From Phoronis australis (taxonomy: Eukaryota > Animalia > Phoronida): a stretch of DNA of 64,000 nucleotides. The position numbers were made by a program, and so were the translations under genes. Below the pieces are notes generated by a model that was not told the DNA's origin, did no database searches, and was given only the letters and a program-made list of their open reading frames with translations. The stretch is taken from assembly GCA_002633005.1 (NCBI GenBank), contig NMRA01000144.1, forward strand, positions 650,861-714,860, in the 5' to 3' direction. Shown piece by piece: positions 27,601-41,270 of this stretch; positions within the stretch are counted from its first letter, which is position 1; each line of letters begins with the position of its first letter.

Positions 27601-30600
27601 TATTTTTTAAATCTTACTAACAAATTTTGATAGCTAAAAGCAGATTTTATCTCCCCTACACACCGTATTTACTAACTAGTGTGTTCATAGTGGTTTATAA
27701 GATTTTTTTAGCAACCATGATGGACAATAAATTACAAGAGATGTCAGCTTTAGACTATGTCATTAAGAAAAATTGAAACATTGCCAAACTTGCTGGACAT
27801 TCATGTGACTTTGTTGGCAAGCGAAACTAGACCAAACCACAGCTCCTGCCAAGATATAGCCTTTAATAACTGAGTTTACACATTCAGAAATACATCACAT
27901 GGTCAGAAAGAGGGATTAGAGCTGATTCTGCTAAGAACATTGGCATGTTTTGAACAAATAAAACCAAGGTGAAGAGTTCAGTGTAAAAATGGCTATTCAG
28001 GGAAGAAACGCGTTTTCATTTATAGGGTCATTAAAACATTCAGGAAGTAAATGGACAGGGTTAAAAATAATAAAATGGATGGTATTACATGTGCAATTGT
28101 TTTGAATTCAATAAAACATTTCTCAAAAAGTAGGGTCATGGGCAATTGTAAATGCTCATAAAGACTGCTTCCTAAACTGCGAAGAATATTCAGATTTAAT
28201 TTTTAGTAAAAGATTACGAAGAGACCACGTATTGAATGTTGAATGTTTGTTTCCTAATGATTGATAACCAGAAAACTATGACTTGAGGTTATTATGATAG
28301 GAAAACGCAATGTGATTAAATGGATTGTTATCTCGTTATAACATTAATTTATTATTTGAGGAAGGTTGATATAACATGAAACGGGCATCAGTCATGTGCT
28401 GTGCTGCTACATAAAATGTCAAATAGTCAACTCCTGCTTCAAGAACTGTGTCATTTCTAATTGGCGATAGGTAAATTGTACGGAAAAAGGTTTCTTCATT
28501 TTTCAAATTGATTTATGAGTACTTACTTTACACAAGCATTTTTATAATTTCGACACCATAAACTTCATTAGTATTAAAGCATCTCTCAAAACTAAAACAA
28601 GCATGCCTACATTTTCTATTTTTATGATTCTGAAATGAAAGTTTTTGTGTACTATTGGTACGGAAATAAAACACCTGTGGTGAAATTTTAAACAGGCTTT
28701 GTGATGACACAACAAAATAATAGATGTAAGTTTACAAAAATGTTTACAAAAGTGTAATCTTGTTTCGACTTTAAATTGGGTCTGGTACAAATCATATTTT
28801 AAGTAAAATGTATCATTTAGCTCAACCAATTTGAGTTGCATTGCAAATTAAAACCCTTTTGAAAGAAAAATAATTATTATTCATCTCATTGGTTTAGACA
28901 TTGGTGCAAGACGTTGATAAGAGGACAGAAAGGTCTGTTTCAATAGTTTTATTTGTAAAAAGACGAATCTAACTCGATTACTCAACTCAGATTTTGAAAA
29001 GTGCACCTACCTTTTGGTAAAGCTATCATGAAGCATGTATTTATTTTATAAAATTTCTAGTAAACAGATATTCAAAACTTTGTTCAATTATCATATTTTT
29101 GAACAACACAAACAAAAAAAATAATTAAAAAATTTGATTAAATGTTACACAAAATAAGAGACAGGATGATAAAAATTCTTATTTTGCAATTAATACTATG
29201 AGATGCTTTGAAGATTTTTAAACAATAGAAGACCTTTATTTCTGTATGCCACTTTGTTATATTTACAATTTTTATTTATTAACAAACACATTTTTTTAAG
29301 AAACAGCATGGCTGTTATCATGATTATTGTATATTTTTAAAAACATGTTTCAGTTACTGCTATTGTGAAACAAGTTTTAATTAGTAGATTTACTCTTTCC
29401 TTTCCATGAAAAATTCTTGCATCAAAGTAGCTGCGTTTTAATAGAAATGTATTTTGATATATGACGGTATTTTCCAAGAGATTTCTGTGAATTTTTTTAT
29501 TTTTATTGTTAAAATGTCAGATTTTTGGCTAATTTACAAAGCATTTTTTACTTATTATGATTAACTTAACAAAATCGGTTTACTAACAACAACTGAATAT
29601 CTCAAAGTTTTCCCCGATAAATTTAAGATTGAGAAAATGGAGATATTACCACTGCTTCAACATTCATAGTTTTGGTTACTTCTAAATACTTATAACCAGT
29701 AGACACTGCATTGTGAAATCCCTTTAGATCATGAAAAAATCAAGAACAGCAAAATAATCAATGATTTATAAGTAGCTACCTTATTTATGCTGAATAAATC
29801 ACAGAATCTGGTGATTTTTAAAGAAAATTGGTCAAACTTTGACAAGAGGAATACATCGTGCAGGTTATCCACCTTGAGATTAGCAGTAACTTGAGTAACA
29901 TGTAAAGATTAATGTCATTTGAAAAGCAAGTCAATTGACACATGTGCGCTGAACTCCACAGCAGTGCTACTTCCGAACGACGCAATAATCTTGGGTACGT
30001 GCCAGATTGTGTGCGCAGTAGAAAATTCGTGCCAAGAAAATAACAGGCTTTATAATTTACACAAAGCGGAGATTGATAGTGACTTTGATACGTCAACATC
30101 GAACAGTGCCTTCCTTTATCACAAAATGCATTTGAGTGCGAAAAAAATTTTGATACCTGTAGTAAAAAATAGCAGGTGTGTTCTAGAGATTTTAGTAAGG
30201 ACATGGAATGATGCCAGTGAACTCTAGATGATGACAGAATGAATGAAAGGTGTGGCTAAGAGCCAACTTTTGTGCTATTTACCAAATTCTCATTTGAAAA
30301 TCAGAAAGGCAAAGGCTAATGGCATAAAGGGCATTGCCATTCTTTAGTGAGCAAAATCAAAGCAAATAAGAACAACATGATCGATTATTTATAGACTTAA
30401 GATTACTTGGACAGTGACTTAGCCATGAATCTAGTTCATCTAACCCATGTAAAGTACAAGGTTCAACATGGCAATAACAAATTATTAGTTTCTAAATTTT
30501 AGTAAAATCTATTGAAACCTTAATTAACAGCTAAAATAATATCAGACATATGTAACTGAACACCATGACGAATAATCTACAACAAAATATTCCTAGTTTC

Positions 30601-30809
30601 TAATACTATAACTGAAATAGTCTCCTCTAAATCATTTGACATATTTCTTTATTTTATTATTTTGTTGAGTTATGAGATTGCCGGGAGCAGGAAAGTAAAG
30701 AACATGCCATCTATTGGCAAAATGCAAATTACTTCAATATTCACAGGAACTGTATATACAGGGACATACAGTGCCACCTCTGAGATGGTTGTGAAAGCCA
30801 TATCAAGTA

Positions 30810-31044
30810 CAGAGGAGGATCTACAGGGCGGGTTCAGGGGGTTCAAAACCTTCCTCGGGACAGGATCAAAAATAAAAATTGAAATGAATTTTGCCAGAAA
30901 AACAAAATCAGTAACTAAAAACCACAACAAATCCTAAACGGGAGGGGAAAACCCCCTCCCGACCTTCCTTCCGCTCGGCGCTATGCGCTTCGGATTCGCA
31001 CGAATCCTAAATCCCCCCTAACTGAAAACGTAGATCTGCCACTG
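30810..31044. mobile_element. Non-autonomous DNA transposon with 5-bp TSD (hAT5-like)
   Basis: TSD AAGTA at 30805-30809 and 31045-31049; TIRs CAGAGGAGGATCTAC / GTAGATCTGCCACTG. Confidence 0.8.
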
Positions 31045-32444
31045 AAGTATGCCCTCTTAATTGCACATAATAATACAACAGACTGTTCATTAATTAATTG
31101 TGGCTAAAATAGTCACAACAAACTTGATCTATTCTAGTTTGAAGGGTGATTATTTACCTTGTCCTCTGACCAGGTTGTTCAAAATTACTCAAGAATGCAA
31201 ACACATCCAGAAAAAGAATCCACCATAATGATCCACTTTGCAAATGATTTTTTTCCTCAACTCAACTTCCTGCCTTAGCCCACAGGGGGCAGCACATACC
31301 AGTCCGTCAAATCTCACCACAAATATTGAGATTTCTGTCTGTGCGAGTGAAAATGACAAAATAGGTGCAGCTGATACCCTTGTGTTCTTTGGCAAACCAG
31401 CCATATTTGAACATGTTGACACAACACTATAAACATACCAAACCCAATAACAGCTAGTTACTGGCTGAACAAAATGTATTTGACAGATTCAGCGTTAACA
31501 ATCCAATATTATCCACTATGCACTATGGAGCTGCTTTCTTCCCTTTCCCTAAAAATCCATGAAAATATTGCAGTATGGACAAATCTATAAAAACATTTCA
31601 CCCGTTCAACACTTCAATTCTAAACCCGAAGCACTTCGGGGTTTAAAAACATTACCAATGTTGAATTGTTTCCAAATGAGTCTGCAATTCAAGGCACAGA
31701 CAATGTGTACATACATTTTTTCCGAATTCACAATTTCCGAGTTGGCCAACCCTAATACTCTTCAGACGCTGATGGTTTCGATGTTCTTGTTGGTAACAGA
31801 AATAAAACCTTATCACGGATTTTACGAGAGTAAAAAGCCTCATTCAAATTTTGTTTTTACCCTGTTAAAAAGATAGTTCTCAGATATTTTCCACTACTTC
31901 TCCAGTACTGCAGTTATGGACAAGTTTAACAACAGTTAAGTGCCAGATACCTTCCACCCAGAAATCCAAAACAAGGTCAGTCGATGAACTTTTCACCACT
32001 ACAAAAACCAACAAGCAAGTTACCGAGTGCAATCTAATTAGTATTATTGTTCATATCTTGTATTCACTCAAAGATCGATGAAAAAATCTCCACAGACCAC
32101 AGGCTTAATTATTGACTAAGTAAACTTCATGTCAGCTGATGGAACATATAGAGTCAACTTGAACCAAAAATAGCCAGACATGGTAACTAGAAATGTTACT
32201 GCATCTTCCTATTATAGATTTCTTTGAAGTTGAATTTTCCAAGGCTTGTTTTTTTCTGTAAATTCTCAGTATAGTGAGAAGTTTTCTGTGTCTCAGCTTG
32301 CTCTATGTCTATGTGAACTTCATCAAGGTACGTAGCTACTGGTGCCATCTATTGGTAATTTGCAGATAACACATCCAAAGTACCATGATTTCATAAGTGG
32401 TCTTCTTAACCATTCCTTTGAAAAAATCTTTTACTTCCCCTTTT

Positions 32445-32498
32445 TCAATATTGTATTGGTCAATATTGTATTGGTCAATATTGTAAAGGTCAATATTT
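32445..32498. repeat. 15-bp tandem repeat, ~3.6 copies (TCAATATTGTATTGG)
   Basis: Directly visible. Confidence 0.9.
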
Positions 32499-32949
32499 CC
32501 AAAAGCAACAAAGGGTTTTGTTCAATATTCATTTCTTCGTGGAATGTTTTAAATATACAAAAATAACAAAATTAAAACTTTCAGGTTCATCAAGGTCAAA
32601 CTGCTTTTTATAGTTAAAAGCTCGACCAACTTTTGAAACATCTGAACAAAATATAAGTTCTGAGAATATAGTGCACCAGGTAGGCGTATGTAGCAACCAG
32701 TATACTCTAATTCATCTTGTCATACACACTCAACAGCCAATTTAGCTGCACACCTAACAGAACAACACATTTAATGTGCATTTGTCAAGAGCTAAACAAC
32801 TAATTAGAATCTAATAATAATAAGCCTTGTTCAGATGTTAACTGTGACACAGCCAAACTGACACTGCGCAAGATGATCGTGTCAAGAGTCGATTCACACA
32901 CACACAACTCAGAACTGATCATGGTGGCAAGGTGGAAGTTGCAGACAGG

Positions 32950-33260
32950 ACATGATGTGCTCACCCACTCAAATTTCACTGCCTTCTTTTTGGGGGGGTA
33001 TTAAGATCACTGTGATTAGCGGTGGTGTAGTACAGCGGTCAAGCCGTCAGGCAGGTTACACAATAAAGACTGGGACCTATCAACAAAGGAACAGTAGTTA
33101 CTACAATGTTGTAGTCAACTGGTTTTTGCTCTTCAAACAATAAAAGTTCAATTTTCATTGACGGATTTAGTTTTTATAGTCTGCACTGTCTAAAATGGGA
33201 GGGAAAGAATCGTGTTATGCCTAATCGCCAACTTTGTTCCCTAGTCCCCCAACAAAACAT
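32950..33260 (+). repeat. Dispersed repeat family C (partial)
   Basis: GGCAGGTTACA..ATA...CTGGGAC.TATCAACAAAGGAACAG and AAAAGTTCAATTTTCA shared with 42305-42722. Confidence 0.75.
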
Positions 33261-33289
33261 GCCAAGAATTGTAAGGTGACCTGTTTAGG

Positions 33290-33580
33290 CTGTAAAAGTC
33301 ACATTTCTTATCCAATTTTCAAAATAAAAAACCTCATCACGTGTGCTTTTTACGAAACATTCAAATAACTTTCAAAACGAAAAAAATAAAAATACTAATG
33401 TCACCCCTAATCTGTTTATGATGGTTTCATTATCTAGAGAATGATGACATAAGCAGCCTGAGGTGATTTAATTAACCACAACAGCATCGTGTCTTTGATC
33501 TGAACCAGCAAGTATTATGGTACGCAAACTGGTGGAGTTGCCCAATCTCGATAGTTAAGGTGTCAGCATAGGATTGCAGG
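33290..33580 (-). mobile_element. Inverted partial copy of the 40804-41270 element
   Basis: GCAGCCTGAGGTGAT, TGTCTTTGATCT and CCCAATCTCGA are reverse complements of segments in 40975-41270, in colinear order. Confidence 0.7.
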
Positions 33581-34469
33581 TTTACTTTCCCCAGAAAACA
33601 TTATTTGTGTATCACTAAAACCATGTTTTACATCTTGTGAAGAAATGATTGTGACCCAACAAATCAAATAATATTCCTTGTGACATTGCTTGCTATGATA
33701 TAGGTAGATAATGTTTATTTACATTAATAAAGTTAAAGTTCATAATGGCCAACTGACTCTGATGGTACTCGACCATACACTATACCTTTGATGTGGGGTG
33801 CAGCTGGAAAATTAAGATACTCACTCATTTAGAGAGTCATTAAAAACATCTCTCTGTTTCCAAATACAGATATCAATCTAATCCATTGCTAAATATTAGT
33901 GCAATTTTTTACCTGCATCTGAGGACACATGTCAATTATCTACCATGATGAATATATTAAGGTGAACATCCTGGATAAAATACTGATGAATGAATGCAAC
34001 ACAATTACATCATTTTTGGCTAATTTTTATCGTATTTCTTTGGTAGAAAATGATACTACATAAAGTTTCAATAGGATTTCCAGCAATTTCAGAAACCAAG
34101 CAGATAAAAATCACTAGTTCATGTGCATGATTTTGCAATTTATTTCGCCCAGTTTCATTGCCAACAGCCAGCAGATCTTGTGACAATCTAATGATGAAGA
34201 ACAGGGTACCACGATACAGGGCCTCAAGTGTCTAATAGGACTCGAAAAAGTGACTTCTTTGTAGGCAGCTTCCATGAAAAAATTGCCCTTTGGTGGTATT
34301 TTGTTACACAAGGGGTTGCTTCCAAAAGCCTAAATAGTTTGTAGGGATTCTTGGACAACTGAATTCTTAACTTATTCCAGTTCAAGAAACGATGCCATGA
34401 AATGCCAAAATTGAGTACATTGTAATTGTAACATTACTTATTGATAATTATTATTTAAAAAAATTAGTA

Positions 34470-35311
34470 CATCGTTTGCAACCCTCTCAACCCACGATCC
34501 GCTCGACCTACAGCTCACAACCCCCTCGACCCAGTCTACACTCAATCTGAACATAGAACAAGCGCTGACTCGCAGAACCAATGAGTTGGGCCGTGAGCTT
34601 GGCTGGCTCTCCCTGTTTTATTTTTTTGCAATTAACAGTCGATTTGGCTAGTTTGAAAACCAAAAACAGAAAAAAAAAACAACGCGACCAAATCAAATCA
34701 AAGACCTACCAATGTTACGAATGTTGTTCCCGGCAAACTGTAATCGTCTCGTCTGCTCTTCAGTGAATGGCAGATTCAAGCTTTTTGGGGAGAGTGCGAG
34801 GAACCGACGAACATGTAATTTCTTCAAATACAGTTTGAAAAAACAAACCTGTTAGCTAAACAAGTATCTCAACATTACATGCAATATATTGTAAACGAAT
34901 GTTCAACAGAAAGCAAATAATGAAAATATGAAATTATGTCCTTTCACGTTAACGTACTCTCTCCCTAAGTTTAAAGAGCAGGGCCATTGGTAGCCGCTCA
35001 TGGAACTATTTCCGTAACACTGATAGCACGCTCACAATTTGCTATTTCAGATCATGTTCTTTTAATGTGGCTTTCTGTTTTTAACCACCAGACTTGAGCC
35101 AGAGCAGATTCAGGTATAGGTAAGTCTAATGGGAGTCATTCAGCGATGTAATAAGATTATGAAATGTGTAAAAAGCGCAAAGATAATCTATTGCCACAGG
35201 TCGTGGGTCAAGGAGGTTGTGGGTTGTGGGGGTTGTGGGTCGTGGGGATTGTGGGTCAAGGGGGTCGTTGAGTCGAGAGGATTGTGGGGGTCGAGAGGTT
35301 TTAAGACAATC
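34470..35311. mobile_element. Foldback/MULE-like element with modular GC-rich subterminal inverted repeats
   Basis: Left arm of (C)CTCGACCC/CCCACGA units at ~34480-34535 mirrors the right arm of GGGTCGAG/GTCGTGGG/TTGTGGG units at ~35198-35300. Confidence 0.65.
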
Positions 35312-35629
35312 TGAAAAAAGGCATCCTTTCATAAGGATGCTAGTCATGAAAAAATCAGGTTCCAGCACCAGGTTCCATATACCTATTCTAAGGAGTACTT
35401 GCCCCCCCCAGGCTCATATACCTTTATAGGGACAAATAACCGCTCAGTCCAGGGGGCAGTATTTCTCAGAGTCTACTGTCTTTCACCTTAACATCCGTCT
35501 ACTGACTTCTCTCATACTACAAAATCATGCTAAGGCTAAGTCAGATAATTTGTCTACAACTCTAAGCCAAAAGACAGAAATCCACAGCGTACTCGGGAGC
35601 ACACTAAAAGTCAAGTCGCACTCCGTTCA

Positions 35630-35872
35630 AAGCATGATAAAGTTCAATTTTCAATGGCGCTTCATTTACTATAGTCAGTGGTGTCTAAACGGGGTGGGAA
35701 AAAAGTTGCTGGGAAAAGGCAGTGCTTACCTGTGACTGCCACCTCTGTTCCCTAATCTCAAGACAAAAAGCCAGTCATTAAAATTCCAGGCAGTGTAGTA
35801 AGTGCCTATTGTAATCCCAACTGGTAAGAAGCTGATTGTTGCTGGTTGGGAAATGTGGTGTGGCATCTAATG
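35630..35872 (+). repeat. Dispersed repeat family C (3' part)
   Basis: AAAGTTCAATTTTCAATG ... TCCCAACTGG ... GGTTGGGAAATGTG ... CTAATG. Confidence 0.75.
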
Positions 35873-38800
35873 AGAGCAAGTTTCTTGCAAGTGAAGGAAG
35901 ATCATTGAAGTTTTCATGAGATATTGCCATGCATTACAAGCAAAGCATGTGATCACAATAGCTTTACTTTCTGAAGTATTTTGCTTCTATGGAAAATGGA
36001 TGAAAATTTTTCAAAATTCTACCAATTTAATGTAATCTTAAACGATGTCAGATTCCATTTTCTTGTTTTTCAAATTAAATGTTGCAGGAAACAAAATTTA
36101 CAGATCTCGGCATGACTTATCCAAGATAGGATAAATTGCCCTCTGTGCATTGATGGATCTGGTAAAGTACATGACCCTTCTTTGAACTACAAACACCCTG
36201 GAGGCAGCATGTTGAAAAATCATAACCTTGTCAATTAAGGTAGAAATGCCAACGTATTGAGCGGAAAATTAATTTAAAACTAGCAAGCACCAACACCATC
36301 TAGTGTTTGGGCACTGCAATCCATATGCAACATTCGGCCAACTGACAACCAACAAATTCAATTTTACTGTGAGTGAGATTGGATGACTAGACAGAGATAG
36401 TTAAAACGTGCTTTCCTTTCCTCCATGTACTTTCTCATTTTCCTCAAACCATGCATACCTTTCAAAGAACTAACTTTACACAGGAAAATGAGTGAAACAT
36501 TATTATAACTCTTTGTATTCACATGATGTATGATCTTCATTCATTAAGCCAGGTCAAACCATCTATATACTGTTATCGAGAGTGCTCTCAATTAAATCAT
36601 TGCACATTTGCGCACCAATTCCTTAATTACTGTGTAAGAGCATATATAGATCGCAAACTTATAACATCTTGGGCAAATCTTGCCCTATAAGTGTGAATAA
36701 CGTGTTCTTGGAGCACATCAGAAGTTGACCCCATTTCCTTGAAGCGGGTTATTCATCCAAAGATGGCCAGTTGTTAGTACACACTTGCAGCTAAATTTTT
36801 TCACCAAGAGCAAACAAGTAAAAGCTTTCCACTATTAGGATTCGTTTTCTCCAGTTTACATAAATGAAGGATGATCTTAATGGAGTGCATGGAACATCAT
36901 TTCCAGCAATGCTGCAGGAGCACACCAGGTTTATAGCTGCTCAGAGCAAATTTTCACTAGCACCCATCTCTTTTCACTAATGCGCAAATAAATGGCACCT
37001 GAGTCATAAAAGTCCATGAACTATGGTTACTGGTTATAATCAAATCCAAAGAATCATTCAGTTTTGCCAATTGGGAAATTAGGTGTAGCCTCTAATGGTT
37101 CTTTTATGAACGGAACATACTTGTAATAAAAGATTTGTTTTTGAAAACGCTCATTAAAAAGCATCTGTTGATTTCAATAACTAAAACAACAAAGATTCAC
37201 TGTTTAATTTTCTAATACAAAATTTTGAAGTTGCCCAATTCCAGTGTTTGGAATTGAAACTAGAAAAAAATTTATGAGTTTCCACAAGGTTATGAATTTA
37301 GTGAACAAACAGGGTGATTTCATTGGCATGTGTCTGATGACACTGATTAAATTTGTTTCCGACTGACATTTGGATGCCTAACACATACAAAAAATTTTGA
37401 TTTTTTGAATTTGAACAATCTTATTCATCAAACTTGGGTTCAACAACTTTAAGCAAGTGAAATGAACAATTAATCTGGGAGAAACAACTTGCTGCAAGGT
37501 CAATCTTTCAAGTCATTGCTATTAAAGGCAACAGTCCATCAGACACCACTGGTTGGTTGAATGAATACATTCATCAGTCTCATATGGGAACTCAACTACT
37601 TTCCAAAATCTGCACACTTATGCCTTTGTTTAATCACAAATGTTATATTTACAATAACTTTATCTTGATTATGAGCTCTTCTTTGACTAATGACACATTG
37701 TAATAATATGCTAAAAATTGAGCCCTTATTTCAATGACAACAATAGGGACTCAGCCCTTTTAAATTCCATGCATGAAAAGGTTCCTATTTATTTTCAATA
37801 ACAATGAAAATTCAAAGTACAAAAATGACAATAAGAATTAGAAATAACACTACTAGGAAGAATAACCAGTGTTCCAATAAGTCCACAAATGAAGTGAAAA
37901 GTTAAGCAAGATACTTGAGTCTCTGTTTAGGGACTGTTTCTGGCAACCAGACACAGGTGAATGACTGACAAAACCAATGAATTATGGTAATCCGTTATAA
38001 CTCTGCCACAGCAACCTGTAACTAATCATCCAACTGAGAACAAAACCCCAACATCAATAACCCATTTCAAGATTAACTTTGTTCCTCTGTGCCTCCACAC
38101 CTTCACTGAAACACATAGTGAGAGACAAGCAAACGCCTGATGTATCTTGGGGCTAATGGAGGTATTAAACATCTGGTATTTACAGGCCAGTAGCACACAG
38201 TCAGATACCAAACAAATTCTTGAGCCAATTACTGATTACCTGCATATTCAGACCTACCATGTAACATACATTAACGATGCAGTACGTACCAGTACCTTGC
38301 AACCTTGTTATCCACAGGTAATATCTAACTTTATCCTGATACAAAATACACAACAAATATCCACCTAACCATCTGATACCGCCAGTTGACTCCTAACGAC
38401 TGATATCACTGTGGTATTGATGACCAGAGGCAATACAAGCTACATTGGCATTGATGTGCCACCCACCTAAAACACAAGCTGCGTGGCTAGTCGACCGTCA
38501 AGATCAGCCTTGCCAGTTGCATGTATAATCACGAAGATAACAACAAGTGCAGCCTATTCAGACAATTGACATGGAATTTTTCTTTGGCGAGGTCACAAAA
38601 AACAATTTTTCCCAACAAGGAATTCTGGCCTGGCTTCCTAATCAAATGGGAGTCACTGACTGTGTTTATGTCTAATAGTAACTGATTATATGCAGGAAAT
38701 CTGAAAAAGGTCAACAAAAAACAAATAGAAGCGGGGGTTCAAGAAGGCAACATTCAGACCAATGAATGAAAAGCATTATAGCAGATGTAAACATCAACCT

Positions 38801-39915
38801 CGGACACAATGTCAAAAGAGACAGTGTCAAAAATACCGGTGTTAAACAAAATTTCTCACAAGATGAATTTCAGCCTAATACAATGGCCTGTGAACAATTG
38901 AGACAATATCAGATGCAAGATATTAAACCAACTAACAGGCAGCAATCAATGCCCATCTGCCTTATTGGCAAAACATCTTTATTGTACCCTCTTACATGAA
39001 AACTGCAGGACCAAGAGAGCTATAGGAACTGGTTCCAAGAATGATTGACGCTTAACGCCCATGATCTACTTCCTTCGTCTCAAACAAAACTCGCTTACCT
39101 TTGAGCTAGCAACCAGTACAGTACTCTGAAACATGGCAAGTGGGTGAGAAGTTATACTCTTCTACTATGTTGACTCTCAACTTGCACAAGATTCTGACTT
39201 AAAACATCTCGTTGTTTGGGAAAACATTCACCCCCGACTTCTCAAAAATGTTGTTCTAGCTATTGTCCATGCTTGACTTAACGTCCAACACGATATTTGA
39301 ATTTCTCATTAAGCCGGAGCCTACCCTCACTTAACCCAGATGAGGATGGTAATCAAACAAAGCAGCCATAAGTATCAATAACCACAACAAACTGTAAAAA
39401 ACAGAATATAAGACAAGTCATTATTGTTAAATATGAACTAGTTCTACATGATTCTATGTGGCTTGTGACTTCAAAAAACAGGGATGAGATACCATAGACC
39501 TTGCATCAGTATCAAAATAATACAATAAATTATTCAGATTCCCAGGACTTGATAAGACTGGAACACCAACAGATGTTCTGAGGCATGCATGACACAGGCA
39601 TTCTATGCAAATATTGAAGTCAATTTTTTATGAAACTCAGGTTCAATAGACTGACCTACTTCACTGTCACAAAACCTCAGTCAAATGCATGGGCACCGTG
39701 TTACAAACGATTTTGGTCACCACAATACAGTGAAAAGATTTTAATTAAAGACATTCCTTGTTGATCCTGGAACTTAGTGATCTTGACCCGTCACCTTTTA
39801 TCTCAGTCAGGGAGGAAATGTTCCTAAATCATATCCAACATTTTGAACAATTCATCATACATTCATTCCTGCTACAAATGCTACATTTCTGAACATTCCA
39901 CTTGCTTTACAATGA

Positions 39916-40372
39916 GACAACTCCTGCACTAACAGTTAGGGTTTTGTTACCCTAGAGCCTAAGCCAGACTGTGATTAACAAGTCCTAATTGATTGAAAAA
40001 TTAATGCTCGTGGCTTAGCCGCAATTTTGAAGAAAACTTATTGGCTAATTTCTCTCATAATGTAACGATTTTGAAAATTCAAAGAGGGCTACTTACTTTT
40101 CAATTTTAAAAACAGTCTTATAGGTCGTTTACCTTATTATTGTTCAGTTTTTTACTTTGAAACTCATATACTAAACAGGCGTGTTGGTTTACAACCCCAA
40201 CTATCTCATCCAACACATTCAGCCCAACCCATGAATAACGACTAACTCACTTCCATCCATGACGGCGCCATCAAGCCCTTGACGTAACGAAGAATTCGCT
40301 GGATACTCTGGGGTAAAGAGTGCACGGTTTCTCGTCCACTTGCGTGCAAATCCTTTTAGCGTAACATTGGCC
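39916..40372 (+). mobile_element. PIF/Harbinger-like MITE family B, copy 1
   Basis: Colinear with 48459-48934 (e.g. AAATTAATGCTCGTGGCTTAG, ATACTCTGGGGTAAA.AGTGCACG). Degenerate TIRs are flanked by TGA/TAA. Confidence 0.7.
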
Positions 40373-40803
40373 TAATGAGTAGGAAAATATTTCCATTTCT
40401 AAACATTGGAAAATAACGATTCTCCAAGGAATTTCAGTTAGCACAAGACAATATTCCTAGTCCTAGTCACCAGGTACTGAGAATTTACCGTAAGCTCTAG
40501 AAGTTGTTTCAACAGAAACAACATATCTAGGGTATCTCAAAAATTCTGCGTATGAGAACTTATCAAGTGATGGATTTCCTAGCACTGTCATTTGAAAGGA
40601 AACCAAAACTGAAGAAGTCATTGCCACTGTTGACATTTTTATGGCAGTTAACGAAACTGTCTCTCTATATAAACACCCACGTCTTTTGAAGTGGAAACGA
40701 GAAATGCATGGTATCTCAGCCCCAAAACTTCCAGCCCCAATCCATTACCTAAACCTGCATACAGGATGACCTGACCACCACAAGTTTATGCTAAGGCATA
40801 GTA

Positions 40804-41270
40804 CAGTAAAATCTCACCAATTATGGACAAAAATAATTGTCAAAATTGACCATTTTCAATTTTCAAATATTTTAGAATGGTCGTGGGTGTTGTTCAGAAC
40901 CAATGATTAAATGAAGACCAGCTGTATTTTTTGAGTGAATCGCAAGGAAAGCTGTTACCAATCAACTACATGAAAAGAATCCTACGTTGACACCCTCAAC
41001 GGTCGAGATTGGGATACTCGACCGTTATACGTACCGCAGAATCAGCCGCAAAGATCAAAGACAGCTGATGCAGTTGTAGGCAATTACATCACCTCAGGCT
41101 GCTGTTATGTTCAGTTCTAGATAATTTAAAACCCATCATAAACACACTCAGGGACTATGTTTTCATTTTGAAAGTATCTAAACAGAATATCTGAATAGTT
41201 TGTGAAAAGTACACGAGATTAATAAGTTTTTGAATTTTAGAAATCGGACAATGAGAAATGATTTTTACCA
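40804..41270 (+). mobile_element. Tc1/mariner-type MITE, long variant of family A
   Basis: TA|CAGTAAAATCTCACCAATT ... GATTTTTACCA|TA; the internal 40975-41270 has an inverted copy at 33290-33580. Confidence 0.65.

Noticed and set aside
31621-31648. Hairpin AAACCCGAAG-CA-CTTCGGGGTTT as a terminator or ncRNA
   Set aside because: Eukaryotic context; lies among CCGAA/TTCGG motifs typical of a DNA transposon subterminus.
38460-38700. Minus-strand segment with a good acceptor at 38701 and donor-like gtgggt
   Set aside because: Stops in all frames; could only be a non-coding exon, with no further support.
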